Below are positions 1-12,143 of a stretch of DNA of 64,000 bases, piece after piece. Source of the DNA: Ptychomitrium polyphyllum (taxonomy: Eukaryota). Numbering within the stretch: the stretch's first letter is position 1; each line of letters begins with the position of its first letter. The translations under genes were made by a program, and so were the position numbers. The notes below the pieces were generated by a model, which was not told the DNA's origin, ran no database searches, and saw nothing but the letters and a program-made list of their open reading frames with translations. The stretch lies in the NCBI GenBank assembly GCA_973851085.1, contig OZ316775.1:12648001-12712000 (forward strand), written 5' to 3'.

Positions 1-3000
1 AGACAAGTGGTACAGTAGGGGCAAGCTTGCAAGTGTGACAACTTTGTGATGTTCTTCACTTCTATAACATTAGTTGCTTTATACATTTGTTTGGTTGCTA
101 TAAAGGACAATTGGTACATTAAAAGACAACTTATAAGTGCAACATTTTAGAAAACAACTAATAAAGCAATTTTTTGGAATTTTAATTGGTTTTTAAAAAT
201 TAATTTTGATTCATCTTGAAAATAACTCATTTATAACAGACGTATTGTATATTTATGTCTTTTTTAGTTTTTTGAATTTTTAATTGTTATAAAAATATAT
301 ATAAAAACTAAATTTTTTATTATATATTTTAAAATCAAAACATACTTAAAGATATATTATTTCTTTTTAATTCATTTTTGTTGATGATGAATCTCTTAGC
401 CTTAACATAATTGGTTTCATTGTAATTAATTCAGTCAATTTTTCGAATGAAAAACAATAAAAAAATTATGACAAATGTAGTATCTTTATTATATGATTTT
501 GGAATTTGAATGAATTTTTTAAAGACAATTCTAATTAAATTTTAAAATAATTAATTGTTGAATGAAGTGAATTTTTTATTTAGGAAAAAATAGCTATTTA
601 ATGACAAATTTTAATAAAAAAGAAAAATTCATTATATATGTTTGAAACCAGATTTATTTATTTAAAAGTATAACTTATTGATACATAAAGTGATGATCTT
701 ATATTCTTGTAAAATAAATAAATAAATTATTAGTAAATTTTTTCATAAAACCATTATTTGTACATAATGAAATAATTTTTGCTTTTAATATCAATGGCAG
801 TTTGAAATGAAATTCCTTTATTAATGACAAGAATTTATTGTTTTTTGGTACAAAATCCTTGCTGAATCCTTGAAGTTTTAATCATGCATATGATTAGTAG
901 AATAAGACAGAAACTTATTATTGGTTTAACTATATTTTCAATTATATTAAAGGCACTAAAAAATTTACAAAAAATCCAAGGCTACATTATTTATGTATGT
1001 AATAAAATAAATGTTCCAGACCATGAGAATTTACAAGATTCTTTTCAAAATACTTGATGAATTCAATGTTGTGAATTTAATGTAGTGAAATCAATGTACT
1101 AAAAATATATGAACTATATATTTAATTTTTATATATAGAATTTAGTATGAATAATGTGTTTGTTTTTAGATTTTTTATTTCTACGTTTAAAGATGCAATG
1201 ACCATGTTCTTTTAGAAGTATGAAATACTAACACTATAATTAAATAAGAATAGTATACATGTATGTATGAATTAATATGGTATTTTAATTAAAATTTGGA
1301 AAATAAAAGTTTATATGTTTAGAAATTTATATATTTAAAAATTTTATTCTTCAATGAAAAAAAATTATTCCTGGATTTTTTTCATTTTGTCTTAAGTTTC
1401 ATGCCACTTATTACATGATATGAAATTGAAATTAATTTCCTTAATATAATCAAAGAAGAATGAATTTGATTTTTGTTAATGGCCTATCAAATCTCATATT
1501 CAGTAATATTAGACTTCTTTATTGATCTCCCCTTATTGTACTATTTGACATTTCCCAAGGGTAATTATTGGATGATAATACTAGTCTATTAGTTTAAACA
1601 ATGGATGTAGATTCTTAATTATAGGATTTGAAACATAGTATTCAAACTTATAACCAAAAGAATTGAAAGTACGTTGTATCTTGTTTTTTTTAATCAAGTT
1701 GTATTTTCAAGATTAGTAGAGTATAAATCAATTATATCTTAGTGAATCATAGTTCTTATTTATGTCCCTTTTTTATTGCAAGTTTTCTTATATTTTGCTA
1801 TCTAAGTTTTTTGAGCTACTATTATTTTTAATCTCGGTAATTATTAATTATAGACTTTTCCAAGTATCCTTTTATTGTTAATTATTATAAGTTAATAACT
1901 ACTAGTCTTTATATATTTTGTAGTTATCTACCATAACGATTTTCAACCTCAAAAATTGTATGTATTATTCCTTGCTGTGAATGTATTTTAAAAGTTTTAA
2001 GATTTCTTTCACCTCATATCATCCTTCATAACATATTTTTTTAATAAGTATAATGTTGGCTTGGAAAAGTTTGCCTAGCTTTGAGGAGGTTAAAATTTTA
2101 GGTTCTTTAATCACGTCTTGACACTATAAAAACTACTCATTGGTCCATCAAATACACTTTAAAACACAAATTTACTTATTTTTGTGACAAAACTGAATTC
2201 TAAAACATGTTTTTGCACAACTTTCCTCTATAGATAGGCTTATCTGATAACTCTAATAATGGATTGAAATTTGAATCCTTTGTGCAAAGTAAGGATGAGA
2301 AGGTTTAATAGTTCAATCTTGCATACTATCTATACTCCCATGGGTGCCAACAGACCTTTGTATACTATGAATTGTTGTGCATTCTGTCAACAACATGTAT
2401 AAATACCTCTTCAGGTTCCCTTCTATTGAACTGGAGTTCTTTTGCTGGTGCAACTAATTACCCCAGAGGCGAGGACAAGCCTTCCATTGGACCACATGCT
2501 TCACTTCACCATCACCAATTTTTCTCAAAAGGTGATCATAGGTGCCTAAGCATGCCACTACCACTAGAATCCAAGCCTTGATTTTTTGTGGTCAACAAAA
2601 CTCATGATGTAAGGACAGTGTTAATCCTTAACCTACATTGCTTCTGTGCCAATCAGTGATCTATTACCAATCAATAAATCTTCTCCAAATAGGATAATTG
2701 AAGTATATGAATTCTAAATTTGATGATGTGTGTCATGTAGGGGTGCTGAGCGTTATTGGAGAGGGTGGAGCATATGCCTGTTATGCCTTGGTTGTGGCAA
2801 ATATGGATGAAGTCTAATGAAGGATTGACGGCATGCTGGGCCCCTCTGAGACTCAAAACACGGCTGTGCCCAATCAAGTGCACCATGGTGAATCATTGTC
2901 TGGTGTTGTTTGTCTGCAAATGCAGCCTCTCCTTAACGTGTCTTGCTATTTACAAGAACCACTTGTGGAAGACAATTTTCAGAACTTATCACTATGGCTT

Positions 3001-5979
3001 GGGCTATGTATCAGGGAACCGGATGATGTGGATGTGGATCAATGCTGAAGCTGATCACGTATATCATCATATTCACTGGTAGTGTCAAACTTTAATAGCC
3101 ATCTGGGCTGATTTCAAGGAATCATTCCTAATGTGTGTCTGCAATACCTTTTCTTCTAATGCATTAAGATATTGTCCTGCCAGATATTTTATTTTACCTT
3201 TCCCAACAAGATCATTTTGTGTGGGCACTACTAGGCAACAGTTCTGGTTCAACATTTGGACCAAGTCTGTAAACAGGAAAGGTGGGTTCATCTTACATGT
3301 CAAACTTGCTAATCTCCATATTTCAGCATTGGCAGCAAAATCTATAAGATGAGAACCTCATTCCACTTCATCAAGTCAGGATTACTCTATGTGTCAAGTA
3401 GGGATAGCTAGAGCAGTGTTTCAGTGGATAAACACCATGAATTGCTGAACTACTAAACCCCTACATGGGCTTTGAAACACAAACTTCTCGCACACAAGGT
3501 GCCATATGAAGTGCTGCTTGAGCATGCAATATATTCAACAGCTTCATAGAAAATTGGTGAAGTACAAATTTTAAAATACATATACATTTAATTATCTAAT
3601 TCTTGAAAGAAGGAATTTTGTTATGCAAAGAGTGTTTAAGGATTGTTGCTTCATAATATTATAAAATACAATCAAAGAAAGTTATGTTTTTGTTTACATG
3701 TAAAATAAAAAAGTCCTTCAAAAAGGTTCTTCAACATTCTTTAACGCTTTCATACAATACACATAATTTTATGTTCTACCTTTCAAAAAGAAAAAATATT
3801 GCAATTATTATTGTTTTGAAAACCGTTTTTAATGTATAAATACTTTTGACAGGACGCTTCAAACTATCATTTATAGTAAAAAGAGAAAAATAAATAAAAA
3901 TAATATTTTACATCCTCAATTGTACAATCTTCAACTAAACCGCTAGAGGAATGTGTGCATTTATAAAAAATAAAATAAAATTCATAAATTGAAAGATTAC
4001 TTAGTTTAAGATAAATTTTTGTTATTTTTTAAATCTTCTCCTATAACATCAAAAATATTTAAATCATCTTGAAGTGAAATTTTTGCATTATATTGAGTTG
4101 AGTATTTTTCCTATTGTAAAAAAGAACACATTATTTATTTTTTACCTTTTTACCAAATTTGAGAGGAAGTATTGGAACAACCCATGTTCAAAAAATCCTT
4201 AGCAATGAAAAATAGTGTTTAACAATGCTCCAACATCCAAAATCTTGGTAGATCATTTTTTTCCATAAATTCTCAATTTTTAGGCAACACAAAGATTATT
4301 ATCCTTTTTAGTCAAAAACTTAAAAAAATTATAAGAATTTCTAGTTACAAGCACCTAAAATGTAACTGGAGTGTAAATTTGTAATATGCAGCCTGCTGCA
4401 TACAAAGTGCCCATGACCTCAACAATTCTTTGCAATGGCAGGAAAATGAAGCTGCTTTCCAAGTCTCTTAGCCAAAGACTCTACTAAAATAATTGCAATT
4501 CAAATATCAGGAAGAAAAGTATCTCTTGGTATTCAAGAATTTTTTTAAGCCATCCTTTAGTAAATCATAGCATTAAATTTTTAAAATAATTACAGAAATA
4601 GTTTTTCTACAAATAATTGAAAAATAAACTTACTATGCAAAAGAATTGAAAATCAGCTTCTTTCGGAAACCTTAATCCTAAAGTAGGTTGCACTGAATCC
4701 CTAATAGGACTATTGATTTGTTTCTTTTAATGCTATTAGAAATTAAAATCCATGCAACAAAAAAAATGATTGGTCTTGGAGATTTGTTTTACAAGAAAAA
4801 TACAAAATTCACCAATTCTGAAATCTACAAATGAGCTTTTGCTCAATACTTTTACAAATTATAACCAACAAACTTTTGGTGCCAAATGTGTCATTTATTA
4901 CAAAATTCATTAACTAAAATGCAATTTGCAACATTGAAGACAACATTGATATTGGTTTGAATTTTCCAAAAGCATGGTCCATCTTCATTGACTCTTCATG
5001 GTCCATCTCTTTGATTATAATTTAATTCTTTGGTGCAACCAAAAACTTTAGTATGAATAAATTCCTTATTGCAATTTGGTACTGATTAAATGTAGAAAAA
5101 CTTTGTTGTTCTTTTTGTAACATATAATTTAATTCATACTAAAGTTCTTAGTTGCAACAAATAAGATAACTTATGCTAAAAAATTGTCTCTATTTTTCTT
5201 ATCCATCCTCCTTGTCCATGCTATCTATTTTTTAATGTGTAGTACAACCTTTAAGGCCTACTTTGCACCAACTATACTTAAAAAATAATCACTTTAGCAA
5301 CATTCTATACTTTCAAAGTTTATGGCTCTAACAATGTCACCAAAGTCAAATTTTTAAATAATATACATTCTTTCTTCAAATTATGTTATAAGTTTGAACT
5401 AAAAAATTTAAATTTAAATCTTCTCTTTTTCTTCTTTGTCTTATTTGGAGTCTTACTTGATTTGATTATTAACATTGCATTGACAACAAACTTGCTAAAG
5501 CATAAAAGCTTTGGCATTAAAAGATTCAAAAATGAATGCTTAGATGAATCTTCCTACTATTTATCAAGCTACTTCTTAGGGCATATTCTATTCAAAAACC
5601 TTTTTGAAATAAGCTAATGATGATTTGAAAAAAAATTTGATTGTTCAAAAAATGTTAACACATGACAATTGTTGGCTAGTGCACTTTCAAATTATCCAAT
5701 ATAGAATTACACAGTTATAATATTGAAAATCTTATATAATTCATTCTTGCTACTTTAGAAAATAGAATCAATCTTAAATATAATACTTCACTAAGCTATT
5801 ATATTTACCATTCTAATTGATGAATTTACTATTGTTGCTTGTTATAATTATAAGCTTAATAAAATCCTCCCATAAATTGGAAGATGTATTAATCCAAATA
5901 ATCTTGCTTTTAGTTATCAATTAATTAAATTACATTGTTGTCTAATTCAACTTTTTACTCTAAATTCTTCAATAGCTAA

Positions 5980-6461
5980 TGTTAGAGACACAAGAAACAA
6001 GAATAAAAAACGAAGTGTTTTCCAAGAATTAGCTTCCAAAAAGCAAATGATTAACAAGAACTTGATACAAAGACTAGAACAAGGCAGGATTCAAAATGAT
6101 CCACAACTTGTGTTGGCAAGAGTAAGGAATACCTTGTCTTGCCTCCTATTTATACTATGACATTTGTATCTTCTAGGATACTTCTAAAGAAGCTTCCTAC
6201 AAGGCTTAAGAATGTTCTGGAAGTCTATAGAACCTTCTTAAGAAATTTTCTAAGATGTTGGAACCTTCCTAAGAAACTTCTTAAAGAGGTACAACTTTTC
6301 TAGGAAGTTTCCTAAAATGATGGAATCTTCGTAGGAAGTTTCCTAGGAAGTTACCAAAGAAAATAAGACCTTCCTAAAAAATTACCTAAGGTGGAGGAAC
6401 TTTCCTGGAAAGCTTCCTAAGAACATGGAAAGACTATGTTGCATGATCTATGTCTATGACA
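5980..6461 (-). repeat. 3' LTR of A1
   Basis: TG...CA termini, with a purine-rich tract immediately inside (6462-6473 on the minus strand). Lacks an ~80-bp block present in the 5' LTR; that block is bounded by GACTATG direct repeats. Confidence 0.92.
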
Positions 6462-6975
6462 TCACCATCTCATTTAGCAACGAGTCCCATGAGGAGCTCT
6501 TTTCTTGGCTTGCTTATCACATTTCTACAAATTCCAAAATTTGTCAAAGGAGTGAAGCAACATACTCTGTTCGTTGTTCTTTGTTCATTGATTCAATTGC
6601 TCCTTGCAAAAAACGACGATGACCACCACTCAAGACTTCTGTTGTAGAAATGTCCCATCCCAAGATCTAATCTTGATTAAGTCCTTCAAAACATCCTCCA
6701 AATAAGATTTTGGATTCTCCAGGAGTAACTCTTCTAATATCTAACAAAATGACTACATTGCGAGCATTTGAATCAAGACTAGAATGTGGAGGGCGACTAG
6801 TTAATACTTCTGCACAAGGTCGTACACAGCGTTGGAATGTCCCTCTCATATCTTGGCTTAGATCCTCTGTTACCGAGGGCTGAAAAAGTTAAATTGGTTC
6901 AACAATTGTTAATGTTGATGAAGGCATGGCCGATTGCTCTTCACGCATATCCATAATAACAAGAAGATTTGACAT
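6462..6975 (-). pseudogene. Extra 3' ORF of A1 (unknown protein, ~170 codons, interrupted by stops)
   Basis: ATG at 6975 is in frame with ORF-track 6667..6849. The frame reads MSNLLVIMDMREEQ...RCVRPCAEVL...ILFGGCFEGLNQD*ILGWDI...EYVASLL up to the PPT and is homologous to 25161-25682 and 30432-30808. Confidence 0.7.
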
Positions 6976-7115
6976 GCTAGCTAGGATCTAGAAATGATCT
7001 ATCTTCAAAATAATGCTGCATACAATTGGAGGTTTGGATATCTCTCCTCTCTTCTTATACTTGTTTATGAAGAAAAAACTTCTCTGTGAAGCTAATAACT
7101 ACTGATGACACATCA

Positions 7116-10100
7116 TCACTGACCTAGTTTCTGAGCATATCTTTGATGAAATTTGCGTACCTTTTGAGATGCATTTCTAACATTTGTTGAAGGTTCCCAT
7201 GTTCGGTCATTGATGCAACTATCTTTCCAAATGTATAACGCACTCCACACATTCATTTTTGATGGATGAATCTAAAATCCCTTCAACTTCATATTCAATT
7301 TCATTATTGATTTCCAACAGAGGAGGTGAAGGAACAATTATCTTTGTTATACATGATTTGTTATAGGTTTCCAACAACGATACGTGGAATACTGGATGAA
7401 TTTGCATGGTTGGTTGTAGCAAATTGAATTGCAAAAGCCTTTGCTGCAGGACTTCCAACATGCTTCACTTGAAATGGATCTGTTCGATGATGATGCCCAT
7501 AGTTTGCAAAGAATGGACTTTGATTTGTTGAAGAATGCACCGTATTGTTGTAAGCAAATTCTGCCAAAGGCAAGAGGTCCATCCAATTGTCTTGCTGGTA
7601 GTTTATGCTACAACGAAGGTACTGTTCCAAAATTTAATTTACACGTTCGGTTTGGCCATCAGTTTGCGGATGGTGTGCTGAAGAAAGATTGATCTTTACA
7701 AGCAACAACTGGAATAGAGCCCTCCAAAAGTTGGAAATGAACTGCGGCCCCCGATCGAATACAATATCATCTGGTAGTCCATGTATGCGGTAGACGTGAT
7801 TTAGGAACAACTTGGCAGTTTCTTCTTCCGTTACCGTCTTGTTGCATGGAATGAAATGTGCCATTTTGGTAAATCGATCCACCACTACCAAAATAAAATC
7901 CTTTGAATTGGAATTTGGAAGGTCCGTGATAAAATCCATTGATAAAGACAACCATGGGTCCTTTGGCACTGGAAGCGGATGGAGGAGACCATGAGGTTGG
8001 TGTCTTGGTACCTTGGCTCTTGCACAAGTGTTGCATGATCAAACAAAGTCCTTTACGTACTTCTACATTTGTGGCCACCAATAGTCTCTAGCAATCAATT
8101 CCATTGTTTTATTGAATCCAAAATGTCCTGCTGCTGGAAAATCATGACGTACTTGAAGGATCTTCAACCGCAAAGGGCCTGGAGGTAGGTACAAAAGTCC
8201 TTTATAATAAAGTATGCCCTCTTGGAATTCAAAATCTTCATTGCTATTTGAAGGATTTCCATTGTCTTTAAGGCGCTTCTTTATATTTGAAACAAAGACG
8301 TCATTCTTTAAAGCCTTCCGAATTTTGTCAAAATGGGATGTTGTCGTAATAATGGCTGCTTTCAATTGAAGATTCTCAAGCTTCAATAAAATTGTCCTTT
8401 GTTGATTTAAAACATCATCTCCAAGTTGAGGAGCTAAATAAGATCTTCGAGATAAGGCATCTGACTTACCTTGCAAGCTACCCAATCGATAGGTAATGAC
8501 AAAGTCAAATCTGGAAAGCGACATACTCCACCTTGCTTGACGGCGATTCAAAACGCGCGCCACTCATGAAATACTCCAAGTTCTTGTGGTCTGTGTATAT
8601 TGTGATGGTGTGTTGAGCTCCTTCCAATAAGTGTCGCCATTCTTCAAACGCATCCACAATTGCAAGTAGTTCTTTATCATGTATATCATAGTTGATCTCT
8701 GCCGCTGAGAACTTCCTTGAACGAAAAGCAAGAGGGTGAAGTCTTCCGTCTTCATCATATTGTGAGAGTACTTAGCCAAGCGCAAAATCTGAGGCATCCG
8801 CTTCCAAATAAAAAGGCTTTGATGGATTTGGATGAATAAGGATTGGAGCCGATGTAAATGACTTCTTAAGACTTTGAAATGTTTTTTCCGCTTCTTCATC
8901 CCAAATGAATTTTTGCTTCCCCGTAAGACGTGTTAATGGTGCCGCAATCTTGGAATAATTCTTGATGAATATTCTCTAAAAGTTTGCAAATCCCAAGAAG
9001 CATTGAACATCTCAAATTGATCTTGGCGTACTCCACTCCATGACAGTGCTTATTTTTTTTTTATCCATATGGATTCCTCCTTTGGAAATGATGTAGCCTA
9101 AAAATTCAACCGAGGATTCATGGAAAAGGCACTTCTCCAATTTGGCATATAATCCTCGCTGGCATAGTTTTTCTAAGACCACTTGCACATGATATTTGTG
9201 GTCTTGTTCATTTTTTGAATATATCAAAATATCATCTAAGTGGATGACTATAAAATCATCCAGATATTCATGGAAGATATCATTTATCATATGTTGGAAG
9301 ATTGGGAAAGGCATTAGTAAGGTCGAAAGGCATGACATTATATTCAAAATGACCATACTTAGATCGAAAGGCTGTCTTCCATTCATCTCCTTCTTTGATG
9401 CGTACAAGATTGTAGGCTCCTCTAAGATCAATTTTGGTGAATATCTTTGCTTGGCCAAGTTGTTGTACAAGTCTTGAGATTAATGGTGATGGATAGCGAT
9501 TCTTTTTTGTTACTTTGTTGAGGCCTTGATAGTCCACGCACATACGTAATGATCCATCTTTCTTCTTTACAAATAGAATGGGTGCTCCAGCAGGTGATTT
9601 AGAATGTTGAATGAAACCCTTTCCAAGGTTTTCATCAATATATTCTCTCAAGGCAGCCAATTCAATTTGTAATAAGTTATAAATAGGTCCAAAAGGTGGT
9701 TGGGCTCCTTCTTGCAACTCAATGGTACAATCGTAAGGCCGGTGCTTTAGTAACATGTCCGCATTCTTCTTTTCAAAAACGTCTTTATAATCTTGATATT
9801 GACGAGGTATGTTTTGATTAGTCTCTATTGTAGAGCTAGACATTGGTGTGGCATAAATGGCATAGATTGGTTCATCATTTGCCGCTCTCATAAATCCCTT
9901 AGCTCCAATAAATGATGGTCCAAGATTTCTCGTACCTTGACATCTTTTCCTTGAGACCACACTCCGTGAGCGCGAGTCAATGTTTGGATTATGTGATTCA
10001 AATCAAGGAAGGTCCAAAATAAAAGGATTCGTTTGGCATTGAATGATGTTGAAAACAATCTTAGATGCTTGGTCTCCTAAAACAACCTCCAAAGGTTGAG

Positions 10101-11397
10101 TTTCTTCAATAACGTTGCCAGATGCAAGACATTGTCCATCAATAACTTCAACAGGTGCGAGGTATTTTTTCTTCACAAGCACCATGTGATGTTTGGTTGC
10201 AAAGTCCTTGTCCATAAAACATGCCGTTGCACTAGTGTCTAAAAAGAGCCTCACTAATTATTTCATCATCTAACAATTTAATTTTGATAGGAAATGTAAA
10301 ACAAGAGATAGGATTTGAAGGTAGTAAGAGACCTTGATTTGATGGTGGTTTCCTTCTGGTGTCCAATTGCATGGTCCCTACTGTGATTGGACAGCCTCGT
10401 TTTCCAACTCCACCATTGTGCTTTGAGTCTTAAAGGCAGATCCTTTGATTTGGCAATTGCGCACTTTATGTCCAGACTTGCCACAATACAAACATAGGTT
10501 TTCTCTTCGACGCCTTTCTTTTTCTTTTGGAGTCAAGCGTCTGAACTAGGCAGCATCAATTTGCATAGATTCTGGTCATTGTGGTCGATTATTCAATATT
10601 CTTTTAGAAGTGGTAGCCATGCTTTGATGTACTGGTCGCCATCCCAAGCGTTGTTCTTGGCGCCTCTCAAATAATTTGTTGTCACATGCTATTGCGTAAG
10701 TGATGAATTCGTCCATTGTTTTTACTCCTGGCATTGTGAGTAGCATATCCTTGAAATTCTCTCTTAAGCCCCATCAAAATCGTGTGACCAAGGCTTTATC
10801 ATTCCAATCAAGGTCGCAAGCTAATTGTCAAAACTCTGCAGCATATGTAGTTGCTAAGCGCTGTCCTTGCTGGAGACTCTGGATCCTTGTTTCAGCCACC
10901 CTCTCTTGGTTGGTGTCTCCAAAGGTAGATGTCAATGCTTCTATGAAAGCATCTAAGTTGTTCAATAATGGTGACTGCTTCTCCATTAGTGGTGCAAACC
11001 ACGATAGTGTATAGTTTGATAAAAGAGTGTCTATAAATTCTACTTCAGTTGTGCCATTAGGATAACAAGATTAATGCAAGTTAAGAAAGAGTCTTACTTG
11101 TTGTACAAAGCCTTTCAATATTGATCTTGATCCATCGAACTTGTTTGGCATGCTAATTTTTGGCTCTGTATGGATTTGACGGAAGCCTTCCCTTCTAATA
11201 TTGGCCTCTCGCAATCGAATAACCTCTTGATATAGGCTTTGAATATCACCATTGGATTTTTCAGCTTACTGAGTATATTGCTCCAAATTGTTGGTGGTAT
11301 TAAAACGGGCGAGTTCCGTTCAAACTGTGTTTAATAATTCTTGAAGGTCTGCAATAGTTGCAAAGCTATTCTCTGATATTCCAAGCACGTTATCGAT
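7116..11397 (-). pseudogene. gag-pol of A1 (CA/NC-PR-RT-RH-IN-chromodomain), with many stops/frameshifts and a ~230-bp deletion in the integrase C-terminal region
   Basis: ORF-track fragments 10003-10254 (PR), 9280-9960 and 9012-9470 (RT), 8063-8563 (RH/linker), 7634-7969 and 7361-7630 (IN), 7219-7461 (chromodomain). The deletion near 7415 is seen against A2 24497-24725. Ends approximate. Confidence 0.9.
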
Positions 11398-11633
11398 TTT
11401 TTAAGATTGTGAAAGTTAAGAAGACTCTGAGTACCTTCAAAGGAGAAAAATCCACGTCTTTTGAAAGAAATAATACTTGGTTTTAGAAGGAACAAATAAT
11501 TTTATGGTGTCAGTTTAGAGGATGGTAATCCGTAACCTCTAAGAGGCTATGGAATCGTAAAGAAGATGAGTAATCCACAATCTTCTTCAAAGAACCTTAG
11601 CTTTGATTAAGATGAAAAATACTCTTGCAAAAC

Positions 11634-12143
11634 TATTAGGGTCATAAGAAATAAGAAGCAGAAACGAAGTGTTTCCCAAGAATTAGCTTCCAAAAAGCTA
11701 ATGATTAACAAGAACTTGATACAAAGATTAGAACAAGGCAGGATTCAAGATGATCCACAATTTGTGTTGGCAAGACTAATGATTACCTTGTCTTGCCTCC
11801 TATTTATAGTATGACATTTGTATCTTCTAGGATACTTCTAAAGAAGCTTCATACAAGGCTTAAAAATGTTCTGGAAGTCTAGGGAACCTTCCCAAGAAGT
11901 TTCCTAAGATGTTGGAACCTTCCTAAGAAGCTTTCTGAAGAGGTAAAACCTTCCTAGGAAGTTTCCTAAGATGATGGAATCTTTGTAGGAAGTTACCTAA
12001 GATGATAGGACCTTCCTAGGAAGTTTCTTTAGAACATGGAAAGACTATGGAGACATCTAAAGGTATTTAAAGAAGCAATTATAATATATTAGAAGGTTCT
12101 AGAATGTTCTAAGGACTATGTTGCATGATCTATGTCCGTGATA
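11634..12143 (-). repeat. 5' LTR of A1
   Basis: Colinear with 5980-6461. Termini decayed by C>T (TA for TG/CA). Contains a TATAAATAGG box and an array of TTCCTAGGAA-like palindromes. Confidence 0.92.
12091..12110. promoter_or_regulatory. Perfect four-unit heat-shock-element-like sequence in the LTR U3
   Basis: aGAAggTTCtaGAAtgTTCt matches nGAAnnTTCnnGAAnnTTCn. Confidence 0.5.

Larger units (their letters stand above)
5980..12143 (-). mobile_element. Ty3/Gypsy chromovirus LTR retrotransposon, family A copy 1 (A1), full length but decayed
   Basis: Two homologous LTRs (5980-6461, 11634-12143). 5-bp TSD GCTAA (5975-5979) / GTTAA (12144-12148). Minus-strand fragments of gag (zinc knuckle), protease (LDTSA), RT ([17 protein letters not shown]), RNase H, integrase (SMDFITDLP, HPQTDGQTERVN) and chromodomain (EYEVEGILDS). 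Confidence 0.95.

Noticed and set aside
3600..5979. Possible MULE/SWIM transposase relic on the minus strand (INDTFGTK near 4875-4900 resembles DATFGTN)
   Set aside because: The match is short, the neighbouring residues do not continue the motif in frame, and no TIR or TSD was found.
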